Assembly (NCBI GenBank): GCA_040954595.2
Contig: CM082591.2
Span: forward strand, 2,904,259 to 2,968,258
From: Balanoglossus misakiensis
Taxonomy: Eukaryota > Animalia > Hemichordata
DNA length: 64,000 bases
Direction: 5' to 3'
A program made the translations under genes and the position numbers. Numbering within the stretch: the first letter of the stretch is position 1; each line of letters begins with the position of its first letter. This document shows positions 31,113-47,800 of this stretch, piece by piece. Under the pieces are notes generated by a model, which saw only the letters and a list, made by a program, of their open reading frames with translations, did no database searches and was not told the origin of the DNA.

Positions 31113-32118
31113 GTATATGATTTTACACTCCAATTTAGCAAATCGCTTTTCATGGCATTTGTCTCAGTCTTCCATTCATTACATAAATCATTGCTTCACG
31201 TGTCTATGGACGACCCCCGCAAGACGATGAAATTGACCTGTCCCTTACCATGGAAGTTTACCTGCAGACGTCTGACATTTGTGCGTCACACGGACAGTTT
31301 ACAGGCAGGAAGGATTAGAAACGTGATACCAACCTCTCGAATATTTCAACGGGTCACTGACATGAGATCGCTCATGATCAACAGCTTAAGGTTCACGTTT
31401 GACCCCATTTTGTTGTTTGGTCCGGTGCAAATACGTAAAGAACATCTTGACACTTAAGGATTTGACATCAGTATAAACTCTAACACAGCAGCATCCCATG
31501 AATAGTTAACTATCATACTTCGAAGACATTAATAATTTCATCATTTGTATAGCAACACCTAATGTTTTATTAACAATTTAATTTGTAACATATTTTTTCT
31601 TGAGTATAACACACAAACTGAAAGTGACAATTCATTATCAGCTCACCTATGCTAAAAATACTAAGGACAACAATTCTCCACATAAACTAAGCTAAAACAA
31701 TATCAAAACACATTCATTTGTAAATTAAGAAAAAAAGCAAGAAACACCTCTAAATTAACCCTAAACAGTAAAGTTATATATAATTATACAAATTTCTAAT
31801 TGATATATTTCCCATTTTGCAATGATATACAATTACGACTGATAGCCACATACATGTAATATTAGTAATCCAAAATAATATAAATGGCGTATAAATCGGC
31901 TATGTCGACCCTCCAAATATATGTAAGAAATCGCATGATTACCTCAAATAAGTTGATCGTCCCCGTCTGTTTAAAACAAATTTTCGTATTTTGTCACTAT
32001 CTACGTAGTTTTGAAAATGTTTAGGATGATAAGCCGAAAAATGTTGAAAGAAAAACAAGCTACATCACTCATGTTTTCTGTACTGTTTCCATGGCATCAT
32101 CAGATAATAACGTCTCCA

Positions 32119-35769
<3,651 letters not shown>

Positions 35770-38700
35770 CTGAAAGAGAAAAGAATCGGAGCTACATTTG
35801 CTTCTGATTTGGAAGGGAACCAAACGCACAGGTGTACTCGCTTTATAGGAGCACCAAGGTGTTGAGAACAATATGCAAATTAGTGAGTCATGAATATTTG
35901 AAGGTCTGTCGAAAAGGACGGCAGCCACCAAGCGGCGCATAAGCATAATACGTGCAGTGTGTAACGTGTGGTGTTTAATGAGACGTGACGGTCCATGACC
36001 AAACCGAAACATTCACACGGCACTCATGTTCCTAAATTATCCAGAGCTAGCCACCTCGACAGGACTAGAAATCATAATTTTACGCCACGCCTAAATTTCT
36101 TTTATAAGTTAAAGATGAGGGTGTTTGCAGACTTGGTATTTTCTATGGTTGCGAGAACATCGCTCTTAAGCAACAGCTGAAGTCAACAATGAATATTAGA
36201 TATCAAATCTGGATGCCATTCAATTGGTTCACGGTTGCTGACAAGTAGCTACGTGAAGCTGGGTTTATTTGAGGTTAACACGTGTGGTACATCTCGATTA
36301 ACAAGATTCACTGCAACTTCTATTCTCGATCACGTCTCCTTTACATTCCCACATTCCCATCAGGCATTGTCTAGGTCTTCCACCCTTTACAAAGCAACAA
36401 AGGCAACGTTTTAGGTTATGTTTAATGGTCTTATTTACAGGGTGTTGACTTGGATAAGGGATTCTTAAGCTTTTGTAAGCGGCTCACAAACAAGTTAATT
36501 TAAAAGGTTATAAAACGCTCCACGAATCTTTACGCGAGTAATAAAATGGCTTCGCGACCCTGGAAGGTGGGCATGTACATGTATGCATACGTGTGATTTT
36601 GCAGGTTTGTGGTTGGAGACATCCAGGTACCTGTATTGGCGCGCCTACTATTGGCCCGCCATCCATGGAAACACATATATCGGTAGGAAGAAATGAAACA
36701 ACATGTAACAGCTGATGGAAAGACAAGAGTTGGCGCCGCTCAGCTCGAAGTTTGGGCGGTTTCTGTTACATTGTAGTACAAACGCAGTTTATTCTATTGC
36801 AGCGGCGTCAGATGTATATGACGTTAGTTTCACTTTGTTCATAAATCGAGTATCTTAGTATCACGTATGGGAACAAAATTCATTGTTGGTACAAGTACAT
36901 CCAAACCCAGGTTACAATACACTCTGCAGAACTCTGCCTAAATCGGCGACCATCGGCTATAATTCGGACCAATCCGCCAACAATCGACCACATCGATACT
37001 CCGGCGATGTACGGCATTCAAAACCAAGGTTTTCTGGTTCAAGCTCCGGATTTTGAAATCGAGACATTTCTTTCCAGATATCCCGTCCAAATACAGAAAA
37101 TGCTGCCATACTGGCAGATTATGTTTGATTACGAATATTCATGCCATCCGAGAATGGAAGATAACCATACTTTCACTAAAAATTGGCAATTTACATTCAC
37201 ATAATCATTAATTTTTTTCACTGAAAACAAATGTTGGAAGCAATATAGAAAATATAAGCTTGACTTACCTCGTTATTTGGATCTTGCGTATCCATCTCAC
37301 TGACAATCAATTTCGCCCTTTATTTTACTTCTTTCGCCGCCCAAATAGAACTAGACAAATCAGTTTTCTTATGTGGATTTTAGAACTCTGTGCTCTGGAG
37401 TTTTCACATGATGTCCAAGCAGCTAATCGGTTCGTCTGTCCGCAAACTCGTTTTCGGCCACTCTTATACTCTCCGGGGAATGTCATATCCTTATTTACGA
37501 GCATGTCCAGAAGGATTTTGGTCATTTAGTGTTCCGCCGTATAAAGAAAGCCGTAGTCATTGGCCGGAAGGATTGCGTTTGTTTACGTCGTATTTTATCC
37601 TTGTCTGCAAGTCCCCTCGAATTTATAAACAATTTTAACGATGTTTTGCAAACAGGTATGATCTAGGTACTTTTTACCTCCCTGAGAATAATATAACAAC
37701 AGAAAAGGGACATTTTCCCGTGACAGGTGCGGGAATTTTCTTTCACTATTATAATTACCACCCTGCCAAAAATTTGCAAGTTATTTATAACCTCTTTTGT
37801 TGGGAGATAAAATGACTGTGTACATTGAAGTCATACTCATGGAAGAAAATGAAATAGTCCAGAGAATGATCTGGAAACATATAGAAGACAGATTTTCACG
37901 GACACGGCGCTCATTATACGATACAAAAGATGTGGAATGCGAAGGTCTGAATGAAGGTAGTTGTATTTAACAAACTCATCTATCAGATTAGACAGCAAGT
38001 TTAACTGGCGGATGGATGTAAGAAATCTCACGCTTGACGAATTGCTGAATCTGTACACATGCGCATTCAAATGTATATCACGTGTCCGAACTGCCCCAAT
38101 TACTTTTACCGAATGACGTCATTCCTGGCTGGTATGTCATGCATTTGAATCAATAAGGGTGGGCATATTACCGCGCAGTAATAAAACAATACCCCCCCCC
38201 CCCACACCATATTGAATATTTTCAAAACACGTTGGTTTCATTGATGTTTTTATAAACAGGATGCCACCCAGCAATGCACCGAAAAGCTGTCGTTAATGTC
38301 TTAATTCAGCTAAATACTCGCTGTAATACTTGAATTATGCAATTGTGTTAACAAATGTAAGCGGCCCACAAAGCATGTGAAGCATAACACCAACCAAGAG
38401 GAACTTTGGGTCTTCATGGCATCAATAACCACAAGGTCGATTGCGCAAATGGCGATGGCAACACGTACCGAGAAAAGGGAGACGTGATAAGGGTTTAAAT
38501 CTTACGTCATGAAAACACCGAATGAGGTGTGTCGATATATCCTGAAGGATAATAAGTGCGCAGGTGTCCCTTTATCAATGCACTGTTAAACAAGTGTATC
38601 AATCATATATTTGACATGAGAGCCTGTGTACTTCTGGACGTCGTTTAGGAAAACTTATAATTTGATAAACAAGCAACGTTCTAAGCGGCATTAAAGACTT

Positions 38701-39045
38701 AAAAATGTATTTTCTAAAATTCCATCTTATTAAGAAATATAATGAAATCGCCAAATGTAAAAAAAAAACATGAATCTAGGAACCTGTTGCGAAGGTTATT
38801 TCCAATTACCCGGCGGAGATGATGGTTGCCGGAAATATTCTTGCTCGTGTTATATTGTTCGTAAGTTGCAGGAAACGTGTACTCAACATGTACAACATCC
38901 GGCCTGCTTAACCCTCGGTAGTTCACGTTCTCATCGTCCTCGAAAACTATCCATCAACATAGGCCTAACATGAAAGTATTTCCATTTCGGAGGTTTTAAT
39001 AAATGTTATTAACGCTGAAAATTACGTGGTCAATTTTACATCACG

Positions 39046-42000
39046 TCATTTTCGCAGCATTCCCTTCAACTGGAAGTGTTTCAAAGCTACAAAAAAAAAC
39101 GAAAAAAAAAAAAAAAAGAGTATAAGGCCTAATGTTTGCACGACGTCTTCAGATTTTCAAACATAAGCCTCGTTCCGATGTTTCTTGTTTGAACCCCTAA
39201 AAGCATCCCTATGCTACCATCCCCTTTCAAGGCCTCTCTGCATGTATCTACTAGCCCTATTGTGAGAGCGGTGCTTCCGGTGACACGTACGATTTCGCGC
39301 GCTTCGAATTCGGGCGGTAAAAGTATCAAAAGTTGTCGTCATGTTGTCTACAGTTAGGGCGCGAACAGTGATTCCCGCGCGTTGGTTTTTGCTCTGTCCT
39401 TATTGTATAGAAGAGTGCAAAAAGTTGCACCGACCAATGAGAATTGGTGAGTAGAATGCCGCAAGTATCATGATGTAAAAACATTTCCAATTTTTGGGCC
39501 TTTTCTAGGCAGATCGTCGAGCAGCGTGGATCTCCAATGTCTGGCTGTCGTCATCACTCAAATTTGTTGTAATCTGTACATGTGGGTAGCGATAGCATGC
39601 AAGTATGAGAGAGGGGGTGACTTGTGCTTGGAGGCTGAGCGTAGTCAAGACTCACCTGCAACGGCTGACTGGAAGCCCGCGTTATAGTCTAACGTGACCT
39701 CGTTCATCAGATACCGATCCCTCTCGTCCAAGTACTCGCCATCCAGATTCGGACCACCGACAAGAGCGCCATCAAGGAGCTGGTGATTTGGACCGTCTTC
39801 TTTGTAAGCCGGCCAGCCGCAGCTGGCTGGAAGATCGGGACAGGAACTAAGGGAAAAGAAGTATTACTCAGGTAAGCGAATAGCGATACATAAATACGCG
39901 TCGACTCCATGTACCCATCGCCAGTAGTGTTAACATCCCCTTTCAAGGCCTATATGCATGCATGCTATTGTAAGAGCGGTGCTTCCGGTGACACGTACGA
40001 TTTCGCGCGCTTTCGACGGAAAAAGTATCAAAGTTGTCGTCATGTTGTCTGGTGCGCGAGCAGTGATTACCGCTTTTTGGTTTTTGCTCTGTTTTTATTG
40101 TATAGAAGAGTGCAAAAAGTTGCACCGACCAATGGTATTGATAATCGTATCAACTTAACTATCATCATGCCAGTAGTTTACATGTCTTTGATATGTAGTT
40201 GTCGAAAAAGCCTACCTCGAACGATGGTGGGGGCGTTGGGGCGGATTCACACCAAACCCTATCACAAAGCTCCGTCCGGTGTCTCCCAGCGCAATGTCGA
40301 CCTGTGACTTGGCCCAATCAATGTACTCCTCCGTGTAATACCCATAGTGGGCCACCATTAGCGCGATGAAAGCCGCTGCAGCTATATTTCAAATTAGAGA
40401 AACGAACGCTACATTATAGTTAGCGCGAAGTGTGAAAAAATACATGCGTTTGGGTTCTGTAAAAAAGACTAGACGCCACTCATGAATGTATATCGACTTG
40501 ACTGATCCAGTGGAAGTGTGTACCTTAGTTTTCAAAATTACTGACGAGGCCCTATTACAGCATGACATGTCACACTTTACTTACTGGAATATCTCAGAGA
40601 TCCCCACTCATGACGCCAAGCTTGGCCCTGAGGTGTGTACGGCACACCTCCTCCAGGTCTCCAGTTGTCAACAAACTTGTCAGCAACGAGTTTCAGATAT
40701 TTTGATTTTTGTTGAGTCGCATTCAACAGCAGCAACTGTTGAGAGAAAACATACAGTATACACATGTACATATATGTTCACTTTCACTTCGCTTATGTTA
40801 ATTAAGAACAGGCGGTGTTTAAAAAGTGTATGTTGATTTTGCTACATGCAAATTCCGTTGGCTTGGTAAACCAAGAAAACACATGATACATACCCTGTAT
40901 CCTACAGTAGTGTCGCCCCAACTAAAAGCATATGCCTTACTGGCTGGAATCGTGTCGAAAAGTGCAACTGCCTCGTCCAGATACCGCTGTTCTTTTGTCG
41001 CCTGGTAAAGCCATATAGCAGCCCATGTGAGCTCATCCTTGAAACCAGAAGAGCTATCGGAAGTAAATAAAGAAATAAAAGTCAGTAAAATGAAGGGGTG
41101 GTTAAGATGAGTCACAAGACACGGCTCAAAATGGCACTTGCCAAGTTACATACATGGAAATGCAAACTTCAAGACTTACTCGTAAATTATTGCAGCTTCA
41201 GGTACGCTGACTGAATACTTCCCCGTGTAATTAGAAGCAAATTCGTAAAGTGATATGGCCTCTTCTACGAGTATAGCCGAGTAATTGGCATCTGAAAAGA
41301 GAGAGAGACTGCGTATAAATAAGTAATATGCATGTACATCAGAGAAGTATCCCAACTGTTCTCGTGACATCACAGGAACCACGCCGCCAGTGTTGGTGAA
41401 ATAAAATCGTTTGTTTTAAAATAACATGCCATGTTACATACCATGATCCCTGAACGCTATGGAGGCCGCTGCCATGGCAGCAGCGGTGCCTCCGACACAG
41501 TCAGAGCCGGGATGAGTCTCGTTTACTCTGAAAGCTGGTCTCTCCATCGTCATGGTCTCGGGACGCCCCCAGTAGTTATGATCTGCTTCGACTGAGCCAA
41601 CCTATAAACAGAAACCAAGCATGAACGTCGTCGTCATCATCATCATAGACTACCTAACACGACTGTGTTATTCTGCATTGAACTATGTCGTAATGTACGT
41701 CAAGTTTTGTCAGCTTTCACGGTGAACTCTCTCTGTACAAAGTTGAAATGCTTACTTGCACGTAGAATTCATTCTCGTCCGTATGACACTTGATAAAATA
41801 TTCCGTGAACCACTTGATGCAAGCCAGCATGTTTTCCACCTCGCCTGCAGCCTCGTAGGCGTCGTGAAACTCGATAAAGCCCCAGGTTAGAACCGTTGCA
41901 GACCAAGCCATCGGTAGTCCTAGCTTCAGGTGGTCGCCAGCTGCAGATCATGAAATCACAAAGAGCTGAATAATATGGTTAACTTAAGTTAAACTCTGTG

Positions 42001-43477
42001 TGTCTGCGATGAGAATAACTGAATTGGTGTCAAACGATACATTCCGATTATTAGTACATGTACAACATTTTAGGAAGACCGTTTTTGTCATCTCATCGTA
42101 TGTCGTCCGGCAAAATGGGCTGGTCAGGAATATTATTAAAAATTTTTAAAATGCACATTATGTAATCGACCAACAACATGCAGATCATGCAGCTGTAAGA
42201 AAAACTAATGGCTCACACAGGCCAAACCCATACTGACCCAGTTACGCATGGCCACAGACTTTTCGGGTTGACCTGAGAACTCACCATCATAATAGCCACC
42301 GCTCAAGTCTTCCCCTTCTTCGCCGATGTCATCCACGGCCGAATCCCCCCTCCACGGTATTCGGTTACTCGCCGGCAATTCACCCGAACGCTGGGCTTCG
42401 TAGAAGAGCAGCGATTTGTGGAGCACGAGGTCGAAGTCGTAGAGACACGTGACCTCGTCGGCCTGAAGAAACAGACCTTCCGGACAGGTGCAAATGCGAT
42501 AGTCGGGTGTGAGTTCGCAGATGTGGGAACAGCCTCCGTTGTCGACGTCACAAACGGTCAAAATAACCGTGACTAGAACGCCAGGGAAAAGAAGAATAGA
42601 ATAACCGGTTTTCCATTAAACTACAGGAAGTTTGTAGATGTATACTGGTACATGTGATATATGAAGAGTAAAAAAATATCTTGGTGAAAACCCACCAGTT
42701 CATCAGCGATCATTTGAACACGCACCGAAGTGCTGTTATTACCTGTTGTATCCGACTCGGTTTGTGTACCTATCCCTGTCTCCGTCTCAACCTCAGCTGT
42801 CGCTAGATCTGTGACGGATGTCATCGTACTTCTTTCTGAATGCCCGGGGTCCACTTCTCGTCCTTGGTCTGTAGGATTTAAGATATCGGACAAATGTGAA
42901 AAGTGCAACAGTAAATTTGGCGCACGTGTAATCTGAACTGGATAATATTAATTTTAATATCTTACCTGTCAAGATGAATACGATGAAAGCAACAGACACT
43001 GATATCAGTAGGAATGTCAGTAAAGCGATTATGACGTACAACTTCAGATGTGTTGCAGCAGCGCCCCCAACAGTTGGGGTGGTGCCCGTTGCAGGTGAAG
43101 AAACCGCGGTGGGCGACCACGCTATTTTTCTTGTTTGTCCTAAGGGATGCCCTCTCCACTAATGAAAATAAACAAATCTAGACTTTTATGGATAATAGAC
43201 AGATGGGGATAATATTGAGTTATATAAAGGTAGAAATTATGCAACAGTTGTCGACATACATGCGATTGCATTTCCCTGCGTGTAAGTCTATTGGGTAGAT
43301 CGCTTGTAGTGTGAGGAACGTGTATGCCAACTAAATTGTGCAAAACTGTACAGTCTGAGAAGAAATCCCGACGTTGTGTGTTTGGAATTTGAAGTACATG
43401 ATCAGCGTCCAGGTTACATACATAAACGCTGTCAAGAGAATATTTAAGAAGGTAAAACTTGCCTCTGTACTTCCCAT
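39046..43477 (-). CDS. Membrane-anchored GH9 endoglucanase with EGF-like module, paralogue 3
   Basis: Candidate first exon MGSTE at 43463-43477 (GC donor). TM exon ~42967-43158 (..[31 protein letters not shown]), Thr-rich stalk ~42743-42868, EGF+GH9 exon from 42572 ([37 protein letters not shown]). Later exons encode [37 protein letters not shown], 39656-39846 ([10 protein letters not shown]) and last exon 39046-39086 ([13 protein letters not shown]), which is homologous to the other paralogues. Confidence 0.9.
39218..39439. repeat. ~200-220-bp dispersed repeat, copy 1 (last intron of GH9 paralogue 3)
   Basis: CATCCCCTTTCAAGGCCT..GAGCGGTGCTTCCGGTGACACGTACGATTTCGCGCGCTT..TTATTGTATAGAAGAGTGCAAAAAGTTGCACCGACCAATG. 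A direct copy lies at 39934-40134. Confidence 0.9.
39934..40134. repeat. ~200-220-bp dispersed repeat, copy 2 (penultimate intron of GH9 paralogue 3)
   Basis: Same start, core and end as 39218-39439, with small indels. Confidence 0.9.
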
Positions 43478-44879
43478 ATTCTGGTTGCCATGTTTGTCAA
43501 GATTGTTGTCGTCTGCGTTTCCCACTGTATTTACCACCTTAAATGGCGCGGTATAAAAGCTTGACAACCGACGAAGGTACGACATGTCCTTACCAGGGAA
43601 AACTTTGACTGTCGTAGGCTGCGTGTACGCAGGATGTCTTCAGTCACTTAACTGGTCCAGACTCAGCGATAACATGAAGGATATTTGTTGGTGTTCTTAT
43701 TTATGTGATCGAATTTAATGCCAACTGGTCTGCATTGCGTGTTGTCGTTGTATAAAATAAGACGGTTGGGATTTGTTTTCCAGTTGTCAATCGTCGTTCA
43801 TTGACTTTTCAGAACGATACAGGTTAGACAAGTCATGCGTAAATTATATAATTGTGGCACGACAGACCAAACAAAAATCAAATAACGTCATTGCTGGCTT
43901 TCTCATCGTTGAGATCTTGTACTACGTGCATTCTGTTTTCAAAGTATGTTTCCTTAGCGTTATTCCCAAATCCCGCTGTTCCGTTGGGTGTCACATAATC
44001 TACTCTACTGTAGGATTAAAGAAGGCAAGGCGTTTCCAATAATTAAAGAGAGGGAGGCAAGACCACTTTATCCCGTTGTGACACACGTGGGGGCCGCGTA
44101 GAAATTGATTTGTCTAGTGAGTCAATTGTTAGCACGGCAGGTATGATGTGATAATTAAGTTTGATCTAATGAAGCGAGAAATACGATTGTTCGATTTTAT
44201 CTGCGGGTGTGTCAGTCAACTAACCTTTGATCTTATTAGGTAAATTTGGGTCAGCACCGCCGGAGAAGAAATCCCGCCAAGGATTTACCATTGTACTGGG
44301 TAATCCATTCCCACGTGTCGTGTGGATCTCACACCTGTCACGCCTTTGAGGCCAATGACCTACACATGTTGTCAACAAAGTAACTAACATTCGACCAATG
44401 ACCACATGCCGACAATTGCTACTTCTGACGTCGACGTGTTTTGATTGGAGCAAAGTTTGATAGCATTTTCACTTTTGCGCGGTGGCGGGAGTTTGCCTAG
44501 AAATATACTGCAAGAACTTAAACATTGGCTGAATGAATGGGAGGCGGTATATAGGCTAACTAACTAATTATTTACTGATTGAATAAAATTTATTTAAAAT
44601 ATACTACAGTTACAGCGACCGTCATTTTGCTATCATTATACGTTATAATACGATGATAATAAGATCATTTGTATAGCATATAAGACTAATTAAAACAAAC
44701 CAAAATCACATTATTGTCCCCCATATAGTTGTCCTTCCGTTTTAGTATGCAGATTTATAGTGAATCATGACACGAATTGAAAATTACAGGGTCAGTATTT
44801 ATCTCATTAAAAGCACTCATTCTACCTACTACTAGTCTTGAATAGTATAAATTCAGAAGAAGGCCGGGGTCCTTTGCGT

Positions 44880-47800
44880 TCACGGGTCGACTGTTTGTTT
44901 GAGCCATTCCTCCAGTTTTCCATAGTTACGTTGCATCCATTTTATGTTGGCCTTGACTTGTCGCAGCGCCTTGTAGAATGCTGACACTTGGCTGTCTGGC
45001 ATGTCATTGTATTTGCGAGCAAAATCTTCAAGCTGTAAATAATTTTTGAAATTGTTGCTATGGTGATGTCATTTCTTACATGAACGTTCATTGATGCATG
45101 TGATTGTACCACAAGAAAAAGCACAGCACAATAACTTGCCTCTTTCTGCTGCTCCAACGTGTTCATCTTCTTGGCAAATCCCCAGACAAACTTGAAAGCC
45201 TTTGCTTCGTCTCTGAATAAACGATAGAAGAAAGGAATGTGAATGATCAAATCCCACCTGGTTTCAGTGCAATAAAGCAAATAGGATCTTAGGTATATGC
45301 AAGTGAATGTGAAAAAAACTTACATTGAACGAAATTCCTCAAAATGGCTTTCGACAAATTTCCAGGTCAGCAAAAATCCAACAGGTGATTGGTCTCTGAC
45401 GTTCCCGCCAATTTTGTATAAGTCTATGGGATCCGTAAGTGTCAATATAGTGGTCACTCCTACCAATTCGTCGATGCGTTCGGAGGAATCGTTTTTGTAT
45501 CGTTGTAGGAAATCTGACAAATACATGTTGAGCAGCCACACCCTCGGAGTACAGGCCAGGGCGAAGGCAATGTCACTTTGCAGAGAGTCGTCGGTGGTGT
45601 TTGCAAAGGCTTCATATGCAAATTTCCACTCTTCGTAGTCGCCATGTTTGATTGATGTACACATCACTGTTGCCCGGATGTCGTCTCGAATGCTGGAATG
45701 TCAAGACATGTTCATGTGCATGTTAGCCTATATATTTATCTTGAGTTATGTGAAAATTTCAGACTCAAAATTAACTGCGCCAACACTAAATGATGATGAT
45801 GATAATGATGATCATAACCTGTTCGTTTCCTTGTCTTCAATCCATTTGTAATACATATCTCTTGCTTCTTGCACACAGTGACCATTATTCAGTTCACACG
45901 ATAACTTAATCGTTTCCACTCTCAAGTGGCTGAAAATATCACAAGATATCGGTTATGTTATATCTTTATATTGTAACATTATTTTCATTATAACGATGGT
46001 AGTTTCAGGTTGCAATGACTTTCTCTTAATGATCACCCTGAACCCGACCCATTATCGATCTTTTCACAATGCATAATGAACTGTAAAGTGACTTAAAGTG
46101 TTGCCCTGACTTACTATTCAAGTTGTGTGTCACTGTCTGCAAAGTTCCATCCCAGTTCTTCGTACCTTGGCTTCACGAGGTCTCGAACAAACGTCTGAGA
46201 ATATGGAAGCAGACAGATTTCCGTAATTACCGCACCAGTACAACAAACGTATGCTACCCACTAGAATGATTCACTATTTTGGAACATATCCACACTGCAG
46301 TTTCGGAATATGGAAACGCATTCAGTACTTGGTCTTGTCTAAAGGAAAGTGTTGCGGCAAATTTCTCCCTCTCTTACCTGCAGATTTCCGTATGATGGAG
46401 ACGCTTCCAGCATATCCCTGACATAGCGCAAGTTTTTGATAGCCGCCTTCCAGGGCGAGAGGTTTTCTTCATCCTTAAGGTGCTCAATGACGCGGAAAGC
46501 AAGAACCATGTCTCCATCACCAGATCTCGCGAGATTGTACGCGTCGTCGATCAAAGCAGCCCTGTTTTGTACAGGTATAGTGGTGGCATCAGTGTTGAGG
46601 GCGTTGATCAACTTGTCCCAGTTGTCATCATCATAATTGACACGATAATACCCATGTTGGTAGACATTTGCCAAGATCCAATCATTGGCACTGGCATCAC
46701 TGAGGTCCAGAGTTGCTGAAGTGAAAATGAAACCAAGACGTATCAATGCATGAGATTCAAACAGAAGTGACAGAGGGTCTGAAAAATGGGACCTGATTTA
46801 GCACATGTGACCTTCAATTCCTGAGCTGACAGAGCCTGCTTTTTATGTCGAATCACCTGATAGTAGGAGAGACTGTCACAAGGGAAGAAACAATCCCCAG
46901 TCGACAAGCTAGGGCGAAGAAACTACCGCAACTAAACCAGAGTGCAAAACAGGAAGTTGAAATACCTGCACTGTTATTCATCCATACGAGTGTAGGATTG
47001 TCATATGACAATCTGCTAGAGTGTACAAATGTCAGTGGTATGTGCCAGGTATAGCTGCAAAGACGAAGCAAAAATATTGAGATAAACCACAGGCAATCGA
47101 CCTCAAAACAGTGTATAGTAAATTTAAAGCTATAATATTAAATTTCTTGTCATGTAATGTTCAGTTGGGGTTAACACAAGCGTAATAACTTTGTGCTCTT
47201 CTTAATAAGTATTATTACAAAACAATCGTTTTGATTTGTCCATGGTTGACTTAAACGTGTACTCACGATTCGATGTCTTCAATATCATCGTTAGGATCAA
47301 GCCTGAAGAATTGTTGTGTTACTTCTGCCGAATGAACATTACTACGTGTCCAGTGGAAACCCAAGCTTCAGAATCCAGGGGTCCATGACCTCCTGAACGT
47401 CAATGTCTATGTCAGCTTCTTTTGCCCTCTGCAATAAAATCACACAGAACGTGTTATTCCCGCTCACTCATCAACGCCCGAGATATCCAAGACTTCATTT
47501 CTCGATCAACATGCTACAGTTTCTCGGACATGAACACATTTGAATCAGAAATGGATTCTCACCATTGTAAGCTCGAACCACAGGTCGCCACTGAAAGCAT
47601 TGCCATAACTGTATTTGTTAAGGTACGCTCTGAAAGCGTCGAAGACCACTTCGTCTCCCAGGAAAGATCGTAGCATCCAGATCAGATGTGAACCCTAGGA
47701 AATCAAGTTATAGAAACAAGGGTGAACGGCACACAAACATCTATCATTTCCAAAATGCCCGCTCAGGCTTCGATGCTGATTGGCGACTTTTCACAGGTGA

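Noticed and set aside
36918-37830. Possible non-autonomous DNA transposon upstream of GH9 paralogue 2
   Set aside because: The texture is repeat-like, but I could not identify convincing TIRs or a TSD. It does lower confidence in the candidate first exon at 37269-37295.
39470-39544. Alternative last exon of GH9 paralogue 3 (ARHWRSTLL..)
   Set aside because: It has a weak acceptor and no homology. Exon 39046-39086 has a strong polypyrimidine tract and matches the last exons of the other paralogues.
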